From the human T2T-CHM13v2.0 reference genome, Homo sapiens: DNA of 64,000 bases. The notes below the pieces were generated by a model. That model was given only the letters and a program-made list of their open reading frames with translations. It searched no databases and had not been told where the DNA came from. Made by a program: the position numbers and the translations under genes. The stretch's first letter is position 1; every line of letters starts with the position of its first letter. The DNA lies in assembly GCF_009914755.1 (NCBI RefSeq), contig NC_060929.1; one strand, written 5' to 3'. Of this stretch, positions 54,584 to 64,000 are shown in pieces.

Positions 54584-54899
54584 ATTTATTTATTTATTTT
54601 TTATTTTTTTTTTTTTTGAGACGGAGTCTCACTCTGTCGCCCAGGCTGGTATGCAGTGGCACAATCTCGGCTCACCGCAAGCTCTGCCTCCCAGGTTCAA
54701 GCGATTCTCCTGCCTCAGCCTCCTGAGTAACCGGGATTATAGGCATGTGCCACCATGCCCGGGTTATTTTTATATTTTTAGTAGAGATAGGGTTTCACCA
54801 TGTTGGCCAGGCTGGTCTCGAACTCCTGACCTCAAGTGATCCACCCACCTCGGCCTCCCTAAGTGCTGAGATTACAGGTGTGAGCCACTGTGCCCAGCC
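54584..54899 (-). mobile_element. AluSx-like
   Basis: Antisense dimer; TSD aa(a/g)tcattcaatt. Confidence 0.94.
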
Positions 54900-55117
54900 A
54901 AGTCATTCAATTTCTACAAATTTACAATTACTACCTTGGGAGAGCACCTAATCCGGCAAACATCTATTCTTTAGAAATTGATCACTGTGTGTGTTTAACA
55001 TGTCAGGGTTTTCGTTGTTATTGTTCAACTCTCTTTTTCTTTTTTTTTTTTTTTTGTTTTCGTATTTATTGTTCTCTTTTTTAAAAAAGATGAAGTGAAA
55101 TATTTTACTAGAAAACA

Positions 55118-55144
55118 AACACACACACACACACACACACACAC
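55118..55144. repeat. (CA)n microsatellite, ~13 units
   Basis: Read directly. Confidence 0.92.
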
Positions 55145-56577
55145 GGAAACAAACCAAAAGTTTGAGTTCCTAAGCCTGGTTGTTCTACTTGAGATTCATA
55201 TAACCTCTATACATTTTAATTTCCTAATCTGTGAAATGCTTATAATATTACCAGCCCTTCCTCATCACAGGGTTACTCCATTATATGAAATAATGTATAC
55301 AAAAACACTTAGAAAAATATGTCACTATGCAAATATTTGGTAGAAATTATTATTTTCTAGTATTTAAGCTACTAATTTTATTTCCTGTTCTGGCCATCAA
55401 AGGTTGCCCTGAAGAAACTTAGAAAAAAAACCTTTTGCATTTGCTTATGCAGTTGCACTCTGCCACTTCCTTAGGGGAATATGTTTATCTTTGTCCAGCC
55501 TCTGGCAAGCACATCACTCCACCCTGTGTAGCCAGAGGGAAAGAATAGTGCTGAATAAAAAATAAGGGTCAATCATCCAATTGACATTCACTTCTTCTGG
55601 TTCAATCATCTATTTGTCATGATGAGAAGCCACAAAACTGTACTTGCATATGAAGTACAAGAAGAAAATACAGAGAAATAAATTAAAAAGAAAAACCTGA
55701 GCAATCATCACCTATTTTTTCCTTTGAGGGAATATTTCTCAGTCCATGTTTCAAGAATAAGGTATTTTTATTAAGAATGTTTTTTGTCATTGCCCCAATA
55801 TGTAACCTTTTAATGATGTAACCTGCATCTCTATAAATTATATAGCACGTGTCAGAATCAAATGCTCTTAAAATATTATCAAAAGTTGCTAAATATATTT
55901 TGCACATTCCTTCCTAAATCTATGTTACATGATAATTGATACACAGCCCACAAAACATCTAAAAATACTTTTACAGCTAAATAAATGCCTGTAATTTCTT
56001 TCTACTCTATGGTAAATGTGGACCACAGAAACCAATGTAGAAATTCATAAGTATAATTCAGGAAGTAAAGGGAAGGAAAAATAAGACAGCGGTCTCCACA
56101 ACTCAACATTTACTTCATCTCTATTTACTAATTCACACATAGTTCAAAGAATTAGAACCCATTAGAATTATGCCCTTTTATCCCCAATGATATGGAAGGG
56201 TTTTTTGGTTTTTTTTTTATTTTCTGAGTCAGGAGATTGCTTTCCATTTGAATTTAACGAATATGAAGAAACGGCAAACAACTTGGCTTCACACTGTTAC
56301 TTACCCCTCCCAAAACCATTTTTCCTTTCTCCTTCCCAACAGAGTGATGATTTCCTTAGGTATCTATGCCTTTTCCCCACAATTCAGGGGAGGATATTCC
56401 GACCTCTTGCCCTCTCTAAGTGTTATCTCTCCATTGAGCAAACAAAACGTTGTGTAAGTCTTCAAACTGCTTTTGGGCCAGTGTAGGAAATGACCTAAGT
56501 CATGCCAATCTGACTGAAAGGAACAATCTAATTTCATACTTGAGGTATGGGATCTCACTCTCTCCTGTTGGATGTGA

Positions 56578-56985
56578 ATATGATCTCACTAAGACATGGA
56601 AAATAAAAAAATCAAACTCGTAGAAGTTGAGAATAGAATGAATGATAGGCATCAGTGGCCGGGGGATGTGGGTGGATAGGGAAAGGGAAGATATTAATCA
56701 AAGGGTACAAAGTTTTAGCTATACAGGAGGAATAAGCCTTAGTAATCTATTGCATGGAATGGTGACATACTTAATAATAATGACTATATACCTCAACATT
56801 GCCTAAGCATTAGATTTGAAATGTCCTCACCAGAAAAGTTTGATAAATATGTGAGGTGATGGATATGTTATTAGCTTAATTTAATCATTCTAGAATGTAA
56901 GCATATATCAAAACATCACCTTATACATCATAAATGTATGTAATTATTATTTGTCAATTAAAAAGAAAATACAATTTTTCCAAAA
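56578..56985 (+). mobile_element. L1MA-type 3' end
   Basis: tgatctcact...aaagggtacaaagttttagctatacaggaggaataag...atatgtgaggtgatggatatgtta...tttgtcaattaaaa. Confidence 0.85.
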
Positions 56986-57509
56986 AGAAAGAAAAATATG
57001 AGAAATAAAAAGAAATCATATAGTCCCAATGGCCCTAATGATAACTGCAAGGGGAAGCAGGCATAGGATGAAGCTGATGCTGAATACGGCAGAGCATAGA
57101 GGCAGAAAGAACCTGGGGCTTTAAAGACTTAGCCCCAGCTGTTGTATGACAAGAAGACTGCCTTACTCCTGGCAATTATGTGAAGTGACTTTCATAATTG
57201 TTTCATCAATTTAGATTGTGTTGTTATTGTTACTTGCAGCCAACACCATCCTAACTTATCAATCATGTTCCTTACAATTTTTCTTTTATTTTCTACAGTT
57301 TAATAATGAGTAGGCCTGTTCGGTAGATATAAGTAAGCTCACAGACATAGGTTTGCTTTATTGTATTGTATACAAATGATTAGTCCATCAATGTGTCCAA
57401 GTTGCTGTTACTAAGTGGATGTCAGCAATGAGAAAGCTTCATGCATTTCAGGGTATCAGTTTTAGTACTTCTTTCATGAAGAAGAGAAAACCTGGACAGT
57501 TTAAGAGTG

Positions 57510-57860
57510 TACATGCTGTTTCATCTTCCTGGAAGAATCTTTGCACTCTTCGCCTCTACCTGATCTGGCTGACTCCTATTCACCCTTCATGGTTAAATTT
57601 CACTGTCCCTTCTCCTGAGAAGCCCTTTTTGATCTATGAAGACGACTAGACTAGATGCCCTTCCTGTGTGTTCCCACAGCACTTTCATTTTATCTCAATC
57701 TGAGCTCGTTAGCATATGGTAATTACTTTTCTGTTTGATTCCCCACTAGCCTATAAGTTCCCTTGGGGCTGGGATGGTTTCTATTTCGCTGTTATATCTA
57801 TAGTCTTTAGCATAATACCTGTTTCTCATAGGTTCTCAATAAATATTTACAGAGTGAACA
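57510..57860. mobile_element. L2 3' fragment
   Basis: ccccactagcctataagttccc...ggttctcaataaatattta. Confidence 0.7.
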
Positions 57861-59760
57861 CAGGCCCAAAATGCTTTGAATAGAGTAAGACAGAATTGCA
57901 GCAAAAAATAGCCATTACTTTTAGAAAATTTAATAGAAAATTAATTCTAATTTATTCATTAGATGATATTTTGGAAAAAGCAAAATTTCCAAAAAAAGAC
58001 TTTATTTGGCATAAACTTACATACTTCAAATATTTTAATAAAGGTCCTATGCAAGAAAAAGATATGCTAGAAAAGATGCTGCAAGATTTTTTAAATCCAG
58101 TAAACTATGAAAGAAAAAATAATTCAGGCTTATAGCAGAGAAATTACCCTTTGTCACACTCTGAGTATTATCACCAGTTTATAATGAGAAATAACTGAAG
58201 ATCGAGATCAGAACTCATTCTGTGTCCTTTATAGTTGTTCCAAAATATGCTTCAGTCATTCTGAACATTTTCGTGGTGTTCATGAATCCCCAGATTTTAG
58301 AATCCTTTCGAGTCGTTTCATATGGGACAATCATGCTTGACGACTTTACAGTCAAGATTCTGTTGCCAGGAAATGACCATTTCTATTATGTGTGTGACTT
58401 TAATAATTATCTTTTTACATTTCCATCACAAGTAGCATTATTCTGGATGCATACCAATATAGAAGCCAATTACTACTTAAACTGAAAGCAGGGACTACCA
58501 AAATTATTTTATTACACCATAATGTTTGGTATCAGGTAATAAGTACAAAAACTCAGGCATCACTAGAACTTGTAAATCTCCTCAAAACATGTTTCTAATA
58601 TAAGACTTTGTTAAAAATAGAACTTGCTTTATACCATTAGAAAATGTCAAAATTTTAATAATATAAATTGTAACAGAAGGCTTTCAATTTGCCTAATTAG
58701 AGCAAAGAAAGTTTTGTTTTGTTTTTAAAGTAATATTTTTATTCATGAACACCAACACCCCAAAGAGGCCATAAAGGGTGTGAAGAGCAGATTTTAAGAG
58801 AATAAAGCAGAGTCATATTACATCTCCGGAGTATTTACATTTTATTTTTATTTGATGCCTATTTTCATGTATTTCTAGTTTTCTGGTGATAAGAAGATTT
58901 TTCCAATTTTATTTCTGTTGAAAGATAATGATTTCAGTTGTATACCTCAAGATGACACCCACAGAAGTTTTTAAAGCCCAGTAAAGGTACTCTTAGAAAG
59001 GAGTCCCCATGTATAATTTATTTAAAGCAAACAAGCAACCCAACCAAGTTAATTGAATTTCTTTTGCAACTTTACATTCCTATCTATAAAGTTTTATTGG
59101 AAATCTCTTGTGATCATGACTCTGCTCCTTGGGTAGAGGGTTGAGGAAGTGACAGTCAAAGATTTTCATCTTGCATCCTAGCATCTAGGGCCTTAGCTTA
59201 TGCCAATAGAAAGAAAGAGCAAGAGAGATCTAAGAAGGAGAGATGACAGAGTTAATGATCAGGGGTAGCCTAGTAAAGTCCTAGACCTCCGATCCTCTCA
59301 TAACTATCATGAAAAGTCTTGGTTCACCTTTATTGGCCATGTACCCACTGAAATCTGAGCTCACTTAATTGTCACAGTCTATTCTGTTATTGTGTGGTTG
59401 GTTGATTGACTAACTGGTTGATTTTGATTGATGGTAACAGAGTAGTTCCCTTATTCTTTATGCCATTATATGGGCTACCATGCTGCCAGTTTGTTGCTTT
59501 ACCAGTATTTACTCTGAAATAGTATTTTTCTATGCCACCTTAATGCTTCCTCCCATATAGATTATATTTGCCCTGCAGTCTCTTGCTCTAGATTTCTGTC
59601 TCTCCTTTATTCTCCATAAGTAAGTCACATTAGAAGAAAAGAACAAAATTGCTAAGCATATTAAATATGAAATGATATATCCTACAGTTATATGTAACCT
59701 ATTTTAGAAGGGAGGTATGGATAGGAAAGAAATCCAAAGGCAGCCACTAGATTGTACCTA

Positions 59761-60002
<242 letters not shown>

Positions 60003-62136
60003 AAAAGACTAGATAAAGTTCCAGGAAAGATGGCATTTGGGGCCTAAATGTCCATGAAACTATATTTCATGGTGCACCACATAGATCAAAAAGTTCATGT
60101 AAGGGGAAAAAATGGAAAGATTAGAAACGTGACCTCTGAAATGGAGAAAGGTAAAAGCTGCTTACAATCCAGATATTAAATGGGAGGAAAGTAACATTAA
60201 GAAGCAGGAAATGGAAGTAGATGGTAATTGGGACCAAAAGAGAAAAATTTATCTTAGAAAAGAAAAATGTCATCATCAAATGTGGAAAGAACAATAAAGG
60301 AAAAAATTAAGTAGATTGGAAGTGCAAATTATAAGAATAATTGAATGGGACTTTGAATATTTAGATACACATACATATATGAAATGTCTGTTTAACAAAC
60401 TGAACACAGAACAATGGAGAAGAGGTTCACTTCAGAGCCCCTTTACCGAGTGGAAGTGAGTCTTAGGTTCACACCTCCATGTGCTTGCTAAGACATCAAT
60501 GTCAAAACCTAATATTGATATTAAATAAGTCACTAAATCTTTGCGAAATTCTGTAATATGTAACTAGAAATAATGCTCTAAAGATGTGTGGGTAATGTGA
60601 ATACTCATAATAGCATGCTGTGAGTACTACCATAAGCACTTTTTCCTTCTTCGATATTTCAATATCCAGCAGTGTATAATTATGTAATGTCAACCTGTTA
60701 TGTTTGAAAACAATACCCCCACAGGGGTTGGCTTATATCACAAGATCTTTGAATATGAATATGGTTATAAGAATTCCCCTTTTGATTATACCTATGTTGA
60801 AATAGTTTGTTGCTATAGGTTGTGGTAGTAATACTTCAAATGTTATAGCCCTTTCATCCAAGGATTTGGGGAGATGTTGCTAAAAATAGGAGAGCTAAAA
60901 TTCAGTAACTAGAAAGCCTAATGTTGTTCTTTCTGTACTTATTGTGAAACATTTTAAAGGTAAGGATTTGAGGGGTTTTTTTATTATTTCTCAAATTCTT
61001 CTTCGCTATCATGGAGAAAAATTATGCTAATATAAATGTAGAGGCAATTACAAGATGCATACAATTCCATAATGAACCAGGTTATATATAATTGAAGAAA
61101 AATTTATATCTAGAGCAAAGAAAAGAAAGCAAAGATTCCTCCGAACTCTAATGAAAACATGTTATATTTTAAAACATGACACGAATGAGCTTTTTGAGTT
61201 GCCTTCTCAGAATATAACTGGACTCATGTTTGCAAAACAGCAGGCTATGTATGGAGTACTAGGGTAACTCACGTCTTAGAAGTGAATCTACAACTAATTC
61301 ACAAACATAACCCGCTAAGCTCATCTATGACGCACAAAGGCAGCCTATCTGCAATACAAAGGGCAGACCAAGGAGGAGGAAGCCTTTAAAACCAGCAGAG
61401 GAAGAATATGATCTAATCCATGAAGTACGAAAACTGTTGTACAAATGTTGGTCAATATATTGATTTGTAATGAAAATTATAACTCTAGAGTAGTACAGCT
61501 CTTATTTCAAGAAAGAAAATATTTATCATATTTCATGTCAACTTCTGTGCATCTCAGTTTGAAATTGGTAATATGCTTTTGTCTCTCCTCAGTTGTCAAC
61601 CAAAAACGTCACATGTAATTCCATATATTGATGGCTTTTAGTTGTGTTTTGTTTTGGTTTAATAATACATTTGAGTGGTAGAAAACTCAGAGTACCTCAG
61701 AATTCAAAACCTCAATTTTGAATTTATGTTTCCAATTCCATTACTTAGCTCTCTAAGTAGCTCTCAAAATAGCTCTCTAAATACTCCATAAGTATTTAGA
61801 GAGACCCAAATGTGGCCCAAGCATTGGAGTAAGGGTTGGGGCAAGAGCCATGAGTTGGACAGGTGCAGTCCTGGCCTTCATGGACCTGACAGTGGGGAGA
61901 TGAAGACAGACTCCAAGAAAACAAGTGCTGTGAGTTTCATGAAAAGAGGTGCTGGAGCCATGAAGGCATTGCATGGGGTAGCTGGGGAAAGGGCAAGGTA
62001 AAATAAACCCTGAGGGATGAGGAGGAGGTAAGGATCAGCTAGGCAAAGAGGGGAGACTGAGAGAGAGATTAGCATACTTAAGGGTCCTGAACCAAGAAAT
62101 AACATGTAATTCAAGCTAGGCCAGGAGAGCTTCTAC

Positions 62137-62603
62137 TAAGGGAGGAGACCACCCCTCATATTGTCTTATGCCCAATTTCTGCCTCCAAAGAAAGAAGTAA
62201 AAACTAAAAGCAGAAATGAAATCCACCAGCAGACAGCCTGGCGCCACGCCCTGGGCCTGGTATTTAAAGATCTAAAGATCGTCCCCTGACCTAATTGGTT
62301 ATGTTATCTATAGATCACAGACATTGTGTAGAAAAGCACTGTGAAAATCCCTGCCCTGTTCCGTTCTGTTCTAATTACTGGTGCATGCAGTCCCCAGTCA
62401 CTTACCCCTTGCTTGCTCAATCGATCACAACCCTCTCACGCAGACCCCCTTAGAGTTGTGAGCCCTTAAAAGGGACAGGAATTGCTCACTCAGGTAGCTC
62501 AGTTGTTGGAGACATGAGTCTTGCTGAAGCTCCAGGCCGAATAAAGCCCTTCCTTCTTTAACTCGGTGTCTGAGGGGTTTTGTCTGCAGCTTGTCCTGCT
62601 ACA
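62137..62603 (+). mobile_element. Solo LTR2 (HERV-E/Harlequin, ERV1)
   Basis: taagggaggagaccacccctcatattgtcttatgcccaatttctgcc...gtcctgctaca; TATA-like cttaaaa, AATAAA, and perfect 4-bp TSD ctac. Confidence 0.9.
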
Positions 62604-62900
62604 CTACTACCCGGTCAGCACTGAGGGCAGTAGCTATGTCCATTGCTTGGGCTCATTGACACATCATCATAGTGCCTAGCACACAGTAGTCACCCAATAA
62701 ATATTTGTTGGATGAATGTGGCTGAAGGATAGATAACTAGAAGAGTAGAACAAAATGATTCTACAGAGGTAAGCAAGGAACCAAACATGCAAAGCCTAAT
62801 AGGCATGTTAAGATGTTGAAGTTTATCTTAAAAACAATGGGAAATTCTGGAAGGTTCTTTGTAGGGCATTAGCATATACAGAAAGACTGTTTTTTCTATT

Positions 62901-63082
62901 ATTGTATTTCATCAAATCTAAGATGCCATTGATTATAAAATGTACCATTATTTTATGTGTGATTAATTTAAAGCAAACACTGTTAATTAAACCAGGATGC
63001 AAAATAAATTGTAAGACATATTCCAATTTTAGAAAAGTTAAAGTGGAAAACAAAAAATGCATGTTAAAGTTGACAAAATGTA
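62901..63082 (-). mobile_element. MER104-like Tc2 DNA transposon
   Basis: gtatttcatcaaatctaagatgccattgattataaaatgtaccattattttatgt resembles the reverse complement of MER104. Confidence 0.65.
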
Positions 63083-63099
63083 ATATATGTGGAAAGAAA

Positions 63100-63880
63100 A
63101 TGAATTAAAAGTGAGAAAACATGGGTACAAAGTGACTAGTTAGGAGGGTATTGTTATGGCTGCCTCAGTTGCTCAATCTGTTGCAGAAGTTCAATACTGG
63201 ACCAAAGTAGAGACACCTGGAATGGAGAAAAATGGACAGAAATGGGAGATATTCAGAATGTAGAACTGCCAGAATTTGCAACTGGTGTGTATTAGAGTGA
63301 AAAAGTCAGAGGTATTGGGTGGATGCTGGTATTGTTTATGGAGTTGGAAACATTAGTGTGGAAGCTCTGAAGAGAGATCTGACTAGAGATATAAATTTGT
63401 GATTTCTCAGCATACAGATGGTGAATGAGGTCATGAAAGCAAAAGAGATTTATTTCTCCCCTAGGGCAGCAGTTTTTTAACTGGGGCAATGACTCCAGCT
63501 GCATTGCAGAAGTCGCATTGGAGATGGCAATGATGGGAGACAATTAAACAAATCAAAAGGTTCTTGAAGTAGTACAAGAGAGGAAAATGAGTGCCTGACA
63601 AAGGCATCAGAAGCAGGAATAGAAAGAGGGTTCAGACTCCAGAGATATTGTAGAGGTGAAAGCTCAGGACTTAGTGACTAAGTTGGCTGTGGAGTCTGTG
63701 GGACCAAAATAATTTATAGGTTCCTGGGTAGATCATGCTGCCATTAACTATAATAGAGGTGAAAAAAAGAAGCAGCAGCAAAAATAAAAGATTTGCAGGC
63801 AGGATAGTGAGCTCTGTTTTAGGCTTTTTAATCGCTATCACCTATGGTGCATGCAGACGAAGATGTCCACTGGACAGGTA
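63100..63880. mobile_element. L2 relics
   Basis: Purine-rich L2-like phrases (ctagagatataaatttg..ctcagcatacagatgg, caggacttagtgactaagttgg); boundaries approximate. Confidence 0.55.
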
Positions 63881-64000
63881 GAGCACTGACAGAGAAAAAC
63901 AAACAAACTCTCTACCATGCTACAGCAGAAGCTTGTTCATTCTATAGGCAGCAGGAGAGAAGTTCTGCCCTCACTTGTCTTGTTCAAGGAGAAGAGGTAG

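Overview
AT-rich primate (most likely human or great ape) genomic DNA with the look of an intergenic region or a large intron. I find no CpG island, no recognisable protein-coding gene, no tRNA/rRNA/snRNA gene and no CRISPR array. Much of the window is interspersed repeat: about 20 Alu elements (FLAM/FRAM, J, S and Y types, many with readable target-site duplications), MIR and L2 relics, and small DNA transposons (MER5-, MER94- and MER104-like). There are solo LTRs (MLT1A, THE1, MST, two MLT2, MER21, and a HERV-E/Harlequin-type LTR2). A ~12.4-kb block (38.7-51.1 kb) holds two abutting minus-strand L1s. Most ORFs in the track that I can place are repeat-derived; the rest are short and look like chance. 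The points most worth checking are: (i) several well-formed plus-strand splice signals in unique sequence (candidate exons 13242-13361 and 16256-16354, and an AG|GT site at 11389/11390), which may belong to a spliced host transcript; (ii) a divergent pair of ATG ORFs at 8.9-9.65 kb; (iii) a ~275-bp x6 monomer array in the first L1 5'UTR; and (iv) a series of template-switch-like scars mixing tandem and inverted copies. I cannot support a claim of a new biological system. Repeat subfamily names come from recalled consensus sequences and need RepeatMasker/Dfam confirmation.
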